A program made the translations under genes and the position numbers. DNA of 63,631 nucleotides, filler included, from Stramenopiles sp. TOSAG23-2 (Eukaryota), in assembly GCA_900128395.1 (NCBI GenBank). It is 19 parts of 19 records of this genome, joined end to end, with 100 filler letters (N's around TTAATTAATTAA, not from the genome) between each part and the next. Parts side by side here need not be neighbours in the genome. Positions count along the whole stretch, not along the records: positions 21,770 to 25,286 come from LT651180.1; positions 25,387 to 28,902 come from LT651181.1; positions 29,003 to 32,516 come from LT651182.1; positions 32,617 to 36,128 come from LT651183.1; 15 more parts are not named here. One strand, written 5' to 3'. This document shows, one piece after another, positions 22,545-33,079 of the stretch. The notes under the pieces were generated by a model. The model had not been told where the DNA came from, searched no databases, and saw nothing but the letters and a program-made list of their open reading frames with translations. Numbering within the stretch: the first letter of the stretch is position 1; every line of letters begins with the position of its first letter.

Positions 22545-23087
22545 ATGGCATTTTCAGTCTCGCATGAAAGCGTGAAAGCGATATTATTGTTAGATCAAGA
22601 TGGTAAAAGAGTACATGCAAAATATTATGGTTCTAGCTTTCCAGATAAAGAAACACAACAAAAATATGAAGCGAAATTATACGCAAAAACCAAAGGGACA
22701 ATAGCTAGGAACGAAGCTGAAATTATCTTATTGGAAAATACTGTCTCCGTATTTAAATCAGGTAGTGATGTCACATTTTATGTAATTGGTAGTACCTTGG
22801 AAAATGAAATTATACTTGCAGAAGTTCTAGATGGACTTTTTGATTCTTTAAGTATACTTTTACGTGATAATTTAGAAAAACGTGTGATTTTGGAACATTT
22901 GGAGTTAGTATTCCTTATAGTGGATGAGTTAGTGGATGGTGGTGTTATTTTGGAAACTGATGGTAAAGCATTAGCTAGTCGTGTGTTGATGAAAGGTTCA
23001 ACTGGTGATACACCGTTGTCCGAATTAACTATTGGAGAAGCATTTTCAGCTGCAAGAGAACAACTTAAACAATCATTGAGGTCATAA
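22545..23087 (+). CDS. COPZ1: Coatomer subunit zeta
   Basis: VKAILLLDQDGKRVHAKYY, ENEIIL, LEKRVILEHLELVFLIVDELVDGGVILETD, AREQLKQSLRS. Confidence 0.95.
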   Translation: MAFSVSHESVKAILLLDQDGKRVHAKYYGSSFPDKETQQKYEAKLYAKTKGTIARNEAEIILLENTVSVFKSGSDVTFYVIGSTLENEIILAEVLDGLFDSLSILLRDNLEKRVILEHLELVFLIVDELVDGGVILETDGKALASRVLMKGSTGDTPLSELTIGEAFSAAREQLKQSLRS

Positions 23088-23361
23088 AAAAATAATGGAA
23101 CACATGTGGGTGTATGATATATATATTTAAATATTATAAAAAAAGAAAGTGTACACGTATCTGGGTGTAAAATCGAGAGAGTTGTGGCAGAGTATTATAT
23201 TTATTTGAATTATCTAGGACACTTAAAAAATTATATATCTATCCCTCCAATTTGAAAGAGGCAACAGTGTTCTGTATAACATTTTAAATTACACACATTC
23301 TCCGCGCGGGTACGTACATGTTAACTTCATATACACGCACATCCTTTTCTTTTTTCTCTTT

Positions 23362-24936
23362 TCATTTCTTTAAATACATACCAATTATAATACCTAATGC
23401 CAATGCACTTGCTCCAATCATTATTGATGATGTATTATCACTCAATGTCTTCGTGCTACTACGATTACCCTTTAATTTTGACATCTGTTTAACCTTTCTT
23501 GTACTATCACTATTTCCATCATCTAAATCATAAAATACTTCATCACCAGATACTCTACCAAGTCCTACAGTCATTTGAATCCATTTCAATAATTCTTCAT
23601 TAAATATTAAACCACCATCTGCTTCTGGAATAGTACCTGTTTTTAATGTAGCTTCTTCATGTAAATCTGCCATGTCTTCCGTTAAAAACAACATGTTATC
23701 AATTGTTGCTCCTTTTGATCGATCCCATCGAGTCAATGTGAAACGTTCGCCTTTACATTGTGCAATTAATTCCATTCCTTTTGTCAATACAATATCTTTT
23801 TTCATTTTTTTATTTGTTGTTGGATCCATTAATTGAGAACGGCGTACACCACGTTTTAATTTATTTGTACCATCTAAAAATCGCAAATCAACTGTTTTAT
23901 CATTATTTACACGGTCAATCATTGCTTTGACTGAATTGACACTTCCTAATCTAGCACCTGAATATGCACATCGTTGTCTCCACAATTGGCCGATAATATA
24001 TCCCGACTCTTTCTCATCCAATGGACATACTTCATTTCTATATGTTTTTGGTTCACGTTTTTTATAACGTTGTAAATGTGTATGAGATACATTTTTAGAA
24101 ACAGTATCCATTGATGATGGTACAAATGGTTGATTAGCAATCGACGTCAATACATACGATGCCATCGTCATTCCAAAAATTGCTGGTAATGTACCAAGAA
24201 CTGGCATAATACGTACACGAAAATTATCAACTGCACCAAAATGATCTGCACCTTTTGCTTTTTGCTCTGGTGTCAATTCTAATAATTTCCTTGATGCTTT
24301 CTCACTACTATAAACAACTGGTATACCATCACGTAATGCACCTAATGCGGAAGAATATTTTGACATTTTAATATTTTTTTGTTTTAATAATAATCGTATT
24401 TTAACTCCTAATGGATCTGCTAATGCATCGGATATATCACTTATATGAATTCGTGTTGGATCTGCTTTTGCACCTGCACCGAGGGATACAATAAATTTAC
24501 ATTTTAATCGTTTACATGCTACTATTAAATCGCTTTTCGTATCGGTATCATCAATGCAATCCAATACAAAATCTGGATTTCCACTTAAAAGTTCATCCGA
24601 CGCTTCGTTTGTATACATACGATTTATTGCTTCAATTTCACATTTATGTTTTGGTATAAATGTTTCAAAATGTTGTTTACAAGCTTGAACTTTTGGTATA
24701 CCAACATCTTTACGCGTTGCAACAGCATGTCTATTAAGGGAAGATAATGTTACATTATCAAAATCAATTAATCGTAATTTTTTCACACCCGCTCGTGCTA
24801 ACATATGTGCTGCGTGAGAACCAACACCACCTAAACCAACTACAATTACAAATGCATTTTCAATGTTATCTTGCCCGTCATTGCCGAAAAATTGCCTATT
24901 CCTTGATAATTGTTCTGTAAATAAAGGATCTGCCAT
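23362..24936 (-). CDS. TCD: tRNA threonylcarbamoyladenosine dehydratase (Tcd1/2, TcdA; ThiF family)
   Basis: EQLSRNRQFFG, VVGLGGVGSHAA, DFDNVTLSSLNRHA, DCIDD, GAGAKADPTRI, VVYSSEK, FRVRIMPVLGTLPAIFG, RWD...N...T...HE. Hydrophobic C-terminal tail. Confidence 0.92.
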   Translation of the reverse strand: MADPLFTEQLSRNRQFFGNDGQDNIENAFVIVVGLGGVGSHAAHMLARAGVKKLRLIDFDNVTLSSLNRHAVATRKDVGIPKVQACKQHFETFIPKHKCEIEAINRMYTNEASDELLSGNPDFVLDCIDDTDTKSDLIVACKRLKCKFIVSLGAGAKADPTRIHISDISDALADPLGVKIRLLLKQKNIKMSKYSSALGALRDGIPVVYSSEKASRKLLELTPEQKAKGADHFGAVDNFRVRIMPVLGTLPAIFGMTMASYVLTSIANQPFVPSSMDTVSKNVSHTHLQRYKKREPKTYRNEVCPLDEKESGYIIGQLWRQRCAYSGARLGSVNSVKAMIDRVNNDKTVDLRFLDGTNKLKRGVRRSQLMDPTTNKKMKKDIVLTKGMELIAQCKGERFTLTRWDRSKGATIDNMLFLTEDMADLHEEATLKTGTIPEADGGLIFNEELLKWIQMTVGLGRVSGDEVFYDLDDGNSDSTRKVKQMSKLKGNRSSTKTLSDNTSSIMIGASALALGIIIGMYLKK

Positions 24937-25192
24937 TGTTGCTGTTGTTGCTGTTGTTCTTATTATTGTTATTATTATATATAATATGGTTAAATTAGTA
25001 ATTATCTTTTTTTGTTATATTTTAAAGTATTTGTCGCTTTCAATCTCCCTTGTTCTCTACAGTATATCTATCTTTATCTTTCTATATTTTATCTATAATT
25101 TGTGAATTAATTTATGGTGGCTCTTAAAGACGCTCAGCTAATAAGGTATTATATAAAAAATGTCGTCTGCTGGGTCGTCTGCCAGTCGCAGT

Positions 25193-25286
25193 GCTACCCT
25201 CTAAACCGTGTCAAAAATGTACACTTATAAAACTATTCACTATGGGGGAAATATTCATCATTTTTTCTATATTTTCGGATATTTGC
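25193..25286 (+). mobile_element. Putative TIR of a TA-inserting DNA transposon/MITE (left end)
   Basis: GC-TA-CCCTCTAAACCGTGTCAAAAATGTA... is the reverse complement of the start of another contig (39838-39947). The contig ends inside the repeat. Confidence 0.55.
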
Positions 25287-25386
25287 NNNNNNNNNNNNNN
25301 NNNNNNNNNNNNNNNNNNNNNNNNNNNNNNTTAATTAATTAANNNNNNNNNNNNNNNNNNNNNNNNNNNNNNNNNNNNNNNNNNNN

Positions 25387-27096
25387 GTATTACCAGATGA
25401 TGTTGGTAAAGTTGCGGATGATGTTGGTAAAGTAGCATCTGGTAAAGTTGTGAATAAACATGAAATTGATGTGGAAGCGTTTGAAAAGTGGAAGAGGAAG
25501 AGATACGAAAATTACAAAGAAAGGAAGTTGAAAATGAAGGCAGAAGGAAAAGGAAAAGGACCAAAAAGTTATGACGATTATATAGAAAATCATTTATATC
25601 AAGACAAAACATTCTCTAATAATCCAAATGGTAAAGGGATGAGTCCTGCAAACAGACAAGACTTACAAAAATTCAAACAAAAGCATTGGAAAAAGAATCA
25701 CCGTGTCAATTTTGAATATGACCAATATTTGAAGAAAAAGCAATATCAAGGAAAACCATTATCAAAGGATGATTTTGTTAAAAACGTTTTAGATGTGGAA
25801 GATGCATTAAAAGGTAAAGTAGTAGATGCTAAAGGTAATTTGGTAGATAAAACGGAGCATTTCAATAAAGCCAAATCCAAACTCTCAAAAGCAAATGCCA
25901 AGAAAAACCAAAACGGTAATGGACGTAACCAACTAAGCAAAAAAGTATTAAAAGCACGCGCAAACAAATTAGGTATATATGATCATAGAGATGTTACAAA
26001 ATTAAGGGATCAACTACGAAGTGGAGATATTGATTTCGAGTTTTGGAAACAAAAATACCCAAAAACAGAAGATTGGTTTATAAAAAGTGGATACAAAAAG
26101 CCTCCTCCGGGTGTCGTAATAAAGAAATCTAAAACATCTGCTAAAAAGACATTTGAAAACAATAAGAATATTGCCAAAGCAGAAAAAGCAAAACAAGTCG
26201 CAAGTATTAACAAACAAGGAGCAAAAACAATTGTATCACAAACAAACAAAGCTCTCCAAATCTTTGATCAAACAAAATATGGCAAACAAATGACAATCAA
26301 CGTAGCCAAATTTATTGGTGCTTGCAGAGATAATGTTGCATTGAAATGTTTAATATGGAGTTACAAACTTTTATCAATATTAAAAGGTACTGCATTTACA
26401 ATCGATGATCGTACTGCAACATATAAACTTTTTATGGAACGAAAAAAAGAATTTGGGAAATATTTCAAAAATGAAATTACAGAAATCAAAACCAACGATT
26501 GTTCCAAAAATACAGACAAATTAGAAAGAAAAAACGATGGAAAAATTCATGTAACAAAACGAAATATAGCAAAACGTGATGACATATATACATGCGCAAA
26601 AACAGATGATAGTCTTTCCAAATTAGGATTAAAAGAATATATTCTTACAAAGATGAATAAAAATAATAATAATAGACGAAGACGTTTATTAACGAAAGTG
26701 AAAATGGCATGGGATGATGCATGGGATGATGCATGGGGTCAATTTGTTCAAGGTGTGACATCTGTTCCAGAAAACGATGGGGTATGCAAAATTCATAATA
26801 GTTTAAGTGGTGTAAATGTTGATGCCGATGGTTCATATTCGTTTTCATGTTCACAATCATCAGATTTATGCAATTGTGCAAGTGGTGTTGGTACAGGTAG
26901 TGCAAGTGATACACAATATTTTGTGAATCAAAATATGGGTATTTATTTAGGTATCTTTCGAAATGATGGGAATGAAGCATCGTATGAAATTTGTGAGATT
27001 GATGGTGAATGTGTTGCATATGGTGATGTGAATGATGGGATGAATGCAAGGAGAAGAAGAAGGAGGTTGTTAGGTCGTAACAGTGGGGCTAGTTAA
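25387..27096 (+). CDS. Hypothetical Lys-rich protein with RRRRLL motifs and a Cys-containing C-terminal domain, 5' partial
   Basis: Frame is open from the contig start (VLPDDVGKVADDVGK...). NRRRRLL and RRRRRRLL flank the Cys domain. Confidence 0.8.
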   Translation, partial: VLPDDVGKVADDVGKVASGKVVNKHEIDVEAFEKWKRKRYENYKERKLKMKAEGKGKGPKSYDDYIENHLYQDKTFSNNPNGKGMSPANRQDLQKFKQKHWKKNHRVNFEYDQYLKKKQYQGKPLSKDDFVKNVLDVEDALKGKVVDAKGNLVDKTEHFNKAKSKLSKANAKKNQNGNGRNQLSKKVLKARANKLGIYDHRDVTKLRDQLRSGDIDFEFWKQKYPKTEDWFIKSGYKKPPPGVVIKKSKTSAKKTFENNKNIAKAEKAKQVASINKQGAKTIVSQTNKALQIFDQTKYGKQMTINVAKFIGACRDNVALKCLIWSYKLLSILKGTAFTIDDRTATYKLFMERKKEFGKYFKNEITEIKTNDCSKNTDKLERKNDGKIHVTKRNIAKRDDIYTCAKTDDSLSKLGLKEYILTKMNKNNNNRRRRLLTKVKMAWDDAWDDAWGQFVQGVTSVPENDGVCKIHNSLSGVNVDADGSYSFSCSQSSDLCNCASGVGTGSASDTQYFVNQNMGIYLGIFRNDGNEASYEICEIDGECVAYGDVNDGMNARRRRRRLLGRNSGAS

Positions 27097-27409
27097 AACA
27101 TTAAAAGCAGTGAACAATTTTACGTATGCATATGTATGATAATAAAGTACGCGTATTTTAATTTTTTATTTCTATAATTCCTACTCTCAAAAGAATAATA
27201 GTGTTTAAGCCAATATTTTTTTTTAATATATATAATATGACCCCGTTTATCAAAAAAACGCGGTCCTCATAGGGTTAATATGTCATAATCTGATAATTTT
27301 GTGCATTGCAACCACAACCTATTGTCATACGAATGGGGAATTCAAAACTATCAAATTTTGGAAAACCTATATGGACTGTTCACATCACTTTCATCGAGTG
27401 TATCATGCT

Positions 27410-27780
27410 GGATTCAGACCTACTTGTGCTTATAGAGTATTAGCTTGCGGCGGCGCATGAGAGCTTCATTATAGTGTAGGAGTAAATCCTTTTCTTAGAT
27501 TCAGTATTGAGCATAAATCAGCATAAATATTTTTCAGAAGATGTAAAATTTTTTGAACCCGACGTCCGGCACGTTCAATGAATGCACCCAGAAGGATAGA
27601 AACCTACTCATGTTTGTAGAGTATTAGAGTACAGACGTGCATTTAGAGCTTTACTATAGTACGACTTCGTAGGATTGACTATGATTTCTGAGATAGAGCA
27701 TTGAGCATATTGAGCATTAGTATTTACCACGGAAGTAAAATTATTTATTTTAACACTTTTTATAAAGATTTTAATAACCA
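27410..27780. repeat. Dispersed 3'-flank repeat, module B, longest copy (diverged ~185-bp dimer)
   Basis: 39 bp identical to the reverse complement of 44643-44681. Also homologous to 30570-30703, 57835-57925 (inverted) and 58029-58133. Confidence 0.88.
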
Positions 27781-27846
27781 TCACATTCTACTGGTAAAAA
27801 AAAATATTACAACATACAACACTCTTAGATTTTGAAACACATCAAA

Positions 27847-28902
27847 TTACTTGCAATCTCCACCATCATAATCACATATAACCGAGTTACATTCATTGTC
27901 ACAAGTTTGATCTTCTTTAAAAAAATCTTGACAATATATTGAACATTGTGCCTGACAACCAGCACCATTTTGGTTTATAAGGCTTTGTAATTTTTTCGAA
28001 GCGCTATTATCAATCCATCCATTTGAACAAATTGGATTACCGTGCAAGAACACATTTTCTAGCGTGCCTAGAGACTCAAAACTAGTAGGAAGAGCTTCAA
28101 TAGCATTATTCCTAATATCCAAATCTACTAGTTTTACTAAGTTTTCTATTTCATCTGGTACATTTGTAATGTTATTATTATTAAAACGTAGATATTGTAG
28201 TGACGTTGCTTTACCTATTTCTGAAGGGATAATTTCTAAATTATTTCCATCAGAGTAAAACAGTACTAAATTCAATTTAAATAATGCATTTGGTAATTTA
28301 TATAAACTATTATTACTTATTTGTAACTCGGTCAAAGTGTTTGAGTTACTAATTGATTCTGGAATGGTTGAAATATTGTTATTATCTACTTCCAACCAAA
28401 AGATATGTTCATTCCCCCAAACATTGTCTGGCAACTCGTTCAAATTATTATTATCTAATTTCAATTGATTACACTTCATGTTCCCTACACTATATGGTAC
28501 TTCGATTAATTTATTATAATTTAAATTTAAAGTACTTAATTTTGTAAATTTTGCATCAATGTCACTAGGTAAAGTTTTCAATGGCCCATGATTAATTTGC
28601 ATTATTTTCAATGCATGCATTTCAAATATTTCATTTGGAAATTCTGTCCAATTATGTTTTCTTACATCTAGAACTGCGCAATTACATGTTGGTGTAAAAA
28701 TGGTTCCACAAAATGGTGTTTTAATTGCACAACTTTGCCATAACGTTACTTCGCATGTAGATTCATTAACAGAAGATGCCAAAACCAACTGCATAATTGC
28801 TACAATTAAAAATAAAATACCAAATGCAAATTTGCATATACCAGCGCCAAGATGAACATAATATGGAACAAATAGTTGTTGCTGCTCGCCAATTACAGAA
28901 GT
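27847..28902 (-). CDS. Membrane-anchored leucine-rich-repeat protein with a C-terminal LNR (Lin-12/Notch)-like module, 5' partial
   Basis: Upstream in-frame TM helix (HLGAGICKFAFGILFLIVAIM), about nine LxxLxLxxNxL repeats, LHGNPIC cap, terminal CSIYC....DQTCDNECNSVICDYDGGDC. Confidence 0.88.
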   Translation of the reverse strand, partial: TSVIGEQQQLFVPYYVHLGAGICKFAFGILFLIVAIMQLVLASSVNESTCEVTLWQSCAIKTPFCGTIFTPTCNCAVLDVRKHNWTEFPNEIFEMHALKIMQINHGPLKTLPSDIDAKFTKLSTLNLNYNKLIEVPYSVGNMKCNQLKLDNNNLNELPDNVWGNEHIFWLEVDNNNISTIPESISNSNTLTELQISNNSLYKLPNALFKLNLVLFYSDGNNLEIIPSEIGKATSLQYLRFNNNNITNVPDEIENLVKLVDLDIRNNAIEALPTSFESLGTLENVFLHGNPICSNGWIDNSASKKLQSLINQNGAGCQAQCSIYCQDFFKEDQTCDNECNSVICDYDGGDCK

Positions 28903-29329
28903 NNNNNNNNNNNNNNNNNNNNNNNNNNNNNNNNNNNNNNNNNNNNTTAATTAATTAANNNNNNNNNNNNNNNNNNNNNNNNNNNNNNNNNNNNNNNNNN
29001 NNTTAATGACAGTAGCCAATGGTATGTACCTATTAAATAAATATAATATAGTAATACCATTATAATGCTATGTACTGTACATACATCCATAGCAGGTGAA
29101 TACGATGGACCACCTTTTTGCACCCCAATAGGATAGTACTGCTGTATCTTTTTGCACCACCTTCTTTTTTAGAAAAATTGAATTTGTTGTTGAGGATAAA
29201 ATAAGATTGTAAGATATATTCAATTGCTATGCCATAGCTATTGATCTACACACACATATATATATATATTATTACTATTATTGTAGTAGTAATTTGAGTT
29301 GAGAATAATATAAATGCAAATGTTTAGTG

Positions 29330-30415
29330 ATGGAGAACAATAAATCAATATTTACGGATAGAAAGTACATCATACCATTTGCAGTTGGTATTGCCACCAT
29401 TATATGTTTAGCATGTTTAATTGTATTACATGCTATGAATAATGATGGGAAAGATAATTGCAACACAGCGTATGGACATTTAAGTGACGGTGAGACAGTA
29501 TGGATTAAAGCAGTCATATTTATTAGTGCATTGTTATCAGTATGTGGCACGTCGTTTATTATATTTAGTTACTATTATTTCATACCGTTGCGGACATTTC
29601 CAATTAAAATGATCGTCATGCTATCATTTACAGATTTATTTAGCTCTTTATCGTATTTTGTTGGTTTTGCAAATCATGCAGCGTTATGTTTCGAACGAGA
29701 ATTTTCTTGCACCTTAAGTGCTATTATGACTCAATTTTTTGATGTAGCATCATTTTGTTGGATGACAATTATTGCATTTAATATTTATCAAATTATATCA
29801 AAAGAAAGAGGTTCAAATGTGGAAGACAATGAGAAATATTATCACCTATTTGCATGGGGTTTACCATCTTTATTGTTAATAATAGTAGTATCAACTGATA
29901 GTATGGGAGATGCTGGAAACTGGTGTTGGATCAAGAAAGAATATGTATTTGAACGTCTATTCTGTTATTACATTCCATTGATTCTATTGATATGTAGTAT
30001 GGCATATATTTATAGCTTAATTGCCAAAAGTTTGAAAAATTTTGAAATGCATGCTACCAAAAATGCTATTACACGACGATTGCAACTTTATTTAACAGTA
30101 TTCTTAATTACAAGGATTCCATCAATAATAAATCGTTTTGTTGAATTAGCAAGTGGTGAATCTATTTTTATATTTGTGTTATTACATTCTATATTTAGTC
30201 CATTACAAGGGTTTTTAAATGCTTTAATTTATGGCATGAATAAAAAAATTATTAACCAATGGAAAGATTTTTTATCGACACGTTGCACATGTTGTAAAAA
30301 AACTAGTGATAACAATAACACAAATGTTGCAAACGGAACACCTTCATCATCTATCGATAATAATGTTGGTGATGATGAGAAATTTGATAATATTGAGAAT
30401 GTTTCGACCACGTAA
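29330..30415 (+). CDS. cAMP-receptor-like (Dictyostelium CAR / plant GCR1 family) GPCR
   Basis: SALLSVCGTSFII, MLSFTDL, QFFDVASFCWMTIIAFN, YYHLFAWGLP, GDAGNWCWI, PLQGFLNALIYG. One extra N-terminal hydrophobic segment. Confidence 0.9.
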   Translation: MENNKSIFTDRKYIIPFAVGIATIICLACLIVLHAMNNDGKDNCNTAYGHLSDGETVWIKAVIFISALLSVCGTSFIIFSYYYFIPLRTFPIKMIVMLSFTDLFSSLSYFVGFANHAALCFEREFSCTLSAIMTQFFDVASFCWMTIIAFNIYQIISKERGSNVEDNEKYYHLFAWGLPSLLLIIVVSTDSMGDAGNWCWIKKEYVFERLFCYYIPLILLICSMAYIYSLIAKSLKNFEMHATKNAITRRLQLYLTVFLITRIPSIINRFVELASGESIFIFVLLHSIFSPLQGFLNALIYGMNKKIINQWKDFLSTRCTCCKKTSDNNNTNVANGTPSSSIDNNVGDDEKFDNIENVSTT

Positions 30416-30569
30416 AAAAAAAAGAGTGTATGATACACTGTAGAAAAGGCGTCTCTGTATAAACACACTCCTTGTGTTTAGAAAAAATATATTACACACA
30501 CATATGTATTTTTTTTATTAATGCATATATATTTCTAATATACTTCGTATAATATAATTTCGTACTTGA

Positions 30570-30703
30570 TTAGTTTGCAGAGGTGCGTTAGAGCTTTTAC
30601 TATAGTAGGATAGAATATTATTCTTGAGATTGAGTATTGAGCATTATATTACTTAGCACGGGTAGTAAAAATTATTATTTTTAACTCTTAAAGATTTTAA
30701 CCA
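30570..30703. repeat. Dispersed 3'-flank repeat, module B copy
   Basis: TTAGTTTGCAGAGGTGCGTTAGAGCTTTTACTATAGTAGGATAGAATATTATTCTTGAGATTGAGTATTGAGCAT...AGATTTTAACCA, between convergent genes. Confidence 0.85.
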
Positions 30704-30796
30704 CCAGAGTCATCATTTTATAATTACTGTGGTATATGATACGAGTATGATACGTCGTCGTATTATGTCATAACTTTACTCCCCGCCTCTCCCTGT

Positions 30797-32515
30797 CTAC
30801 AACTTCTCGTTCATATTTAACAATGGCATTGGCCTTCTAGCATCTTGTAATGTTGGATCTTGATAATTATGAACCCGTTTGGCATAATCCACCAACATAT
30901 TATCAAACACTTTCTTTGTCTTTAAAGCTTCGTTGCGTTTTGATACTTCTTGATCAACCCTTTTCTTCTTTCGTAATTCCTTCTTTTCCAATTTTGTGAA
31001 AGCCTTTTCCTTCGACTGCAAATTATATTTGACATCACTACTACTTCGTGATTCTTCCAGTAAATTTACTAGTTGTACAATTGCATCTTTAATACGTGAA
31101 TCTTCATAAGCACTGTTATTATGAATATCGTTAATATCTTCTTCATAATCTTTAATACTTTGGTAAATAATATTTTTCATACTACTACTACTACTACTGC
31201 TTTCATCGTCAGGAATGGAAGCATCTGGAGTCAATGGTAATGGACTAAATTCGGCTGTTGAGGAAGAATGCTTTCGATTTGAAAAAGGAGATTGTTTTTC
31301 AAAATATTGATCTTCCGCTTTTACTCGTAAGCTTTGTAAACTATTCAAAAAATGACGTTTTTTATCAAATTTTTTACTATTTGAAATCAATGGTTTCTGT
31401 CGTATTTTTTTTGAACTTAAATCAACATGTGGGGTACTTTTTCTCACTTTGCTTTTTGTATTTGATTTTCCTTTTTGTTGTAGCATTCTTTTTTTCATTC
31501 TGGTTTTTGAAGTTGAACGCTTTCTGGTAGATTTTTTTGATAGTGGAGTATTCAGTATTTCTTCAGCCAAAAATTCCTTTTTCGATTTCTTTTTTCCTTT
31601 GGTAGTAGTATCGGTTTCATCCCTGTTGATTTTTTTACTATTCTTGCTATTACCTCTCATGATTTCTGCAACAGATTTTTTCTTCTTTCGAATACGTTTT
31701 TCTACTGCTTTCGTACTTTCTCCTTCTAGCGGATTCCGAACAAACGACTTTGCCAACATTTCCTGTACTCTCCCCGTTGCATTAGCAGATCTATTTGGAG
31801 AGGTAGAACTTAGCCATGGTACTGGTTTACCTTTATTTGCTTTGACTAGCTTTTGATGAATACTAACTTTTTCATTGTTGTTTTGTAATAAATCCATTTT
31901 TTTTTGTGCAGATATGATAGGTCGACGATTTACACTACTATTACTGATTACCCGAGACTTCTGATTATCATTTAGTAGATTTCGTTGGTTAATTTCATGC
32001 GTATGAAGGACCGATTCTGCATTTTGATACTCTAATCTCTTTTTAGATTGTTTCTTTCCAGTATGGTCTATATAACGTAACATTCCCTCGACTTCAAGTT
32101 GCATGTGTACATGGTATTGTTGTTTCATTATTCTCAACTCTTCATGGCTACTTCTTAATGCATTTCGCAATACGTTCATTGCTTGAACTAATCGCAAATC
32201 TTTTTCTTTCACTGTAAGTATCCTCCACCTTGTAAAAACTTTAACGACCGATACACGGTGTGCCATCAATTTTTTCAAACTCAAATGTTTTGATGTTGTT
32301 TCCTCTCTCCATGCGTCGATGTTTGCCTCATTTTCTTTCGCTAATTGTTTCAAGGATGCAGTATGCTTATCATAATTTACAAATGCTACCCACTGCGTCC
32401 ATGCTGCTGATAAACCACGATTATCCAAGCGTTTGAATACACGATTTGCTAAGTCACGTGAATATCGACGATATTTTACATATGCAATCCATGTATTTAA
32501 TGTTCTTGCTTTACC
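30797..32515 (-). CDS. Hypothetical protein with Sfi1-like W repeats and a basic low-complexity region, 5' partial
   Basis: Frame is open to the contig end. TLNTW, AAWTQW and VFTRW are spaced in a helical region. Confidence 0.7.
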   Translation of the reverse strand, partial: GKARTLNTWIAYVKYRRYSRDLANRVFKRLDNRGLSAAWTQWVAFVNYDKHTASLKQLAKENEANIDAWREETTSKHLSLKKLMAHRVSVVKVFTRWRILTVKEKDLRLVQAMNVLRNALRSSHEELRIMKQQYHVHMQLEVEGMLRYIDHTGKKQSKKRLEYQNAESVLHTHEINQRNLLNDNQKSRVISNSSVNRRPIISAQKKMDLLQNNNEKVSIHQKLVKANKGKPVPWLSSTSPNRSANATGRVQEMLAKSFVRNPLEGESTKAVEKRIRKKKKSVAEIMRGNSKNSKKINRDETDTTTKGKKKSKKEFLAEEILNTPLSKKSTRKRSTSKTRMKKRMLQQKGKSNTKSKVRKSTPHVDLSSKKIRQKPLISNSKKFDKKRHFLNSLQSLRVKAEDQYFEKQSPFSNRKHSSSTAEFSPLPLTPDASIPDDESSSSSSSMKNIIYQSIKDYEEDINDIHNNSAYEDSRIKDAIVQLVNLLEESRSSSDVKYNLQSKEKAFTKLEKKELRKKKRVDQEVSKRNEALKTKKVFDNMLVDYAKRVHNYQDPTLQDARRPMPLLNMNEKL

Positions 32516-32616
32516 TNNNNNNNNNNNNNNNNNNNNNNNNNNNNNNNNNNNNNNNNNNNNTTAATTAATTAANNNNNNNNNNNNNNNNNNNNNNNNNNNN
32601 NNNNNNNNNNNNNNNN

Positions 32617-33079
32617 CTTTTTTCTTCCTTAGTACACCTTTAAAACATTGTTTTTTCATTAAAAATTTTTTAACTCGTGTCACATGATTTCCTTTAATTT
32701 TAATGTTACGCAACTTCGTACCTGTTTCTAACTTTATACCTGTTTCTCTGATAGCGCAACTACATCCTAATATTTTTTGCAACTCTTTCCTTAGCAAATT
32801 TACATCACCTTCAATATTTGATATAACCGTAAAATTAAGGCCTCCTCTTTTACTTTTTTCAATACGTAGTGGAACTGAGCAATTTGGAGTTCCATGGACT
32901 GTGTAATTATTTGTAGATTCTGCTGAAGTATTGCTAATATAATTATTTTTATCATTATTATTATTGGAAGTTTGTTGTAAAGTTATTGATTGAAATTTAT
33001 TTTGCATATCAACATCATTATTATCGTTGTTCTTATTAGACAATGAGGGTTTTGCCATAAAATCAGCTAGCTTACTCAT
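32617..33079 (-). CDS. SUI1/Img2-fold domain protein, 3' partial
   Basis: VPLRIEKSKRGG..TVISNIEGD...LRKELQKILGC...IKIKGNHVTRVKKFL. Confidence 0.7.

Noticed and set aside
27238-27278. piggyBac terminus (...CCTCATAGGG-TTAA)
   Set aside because: Only one short end; no partner TIR or transposase in the window.
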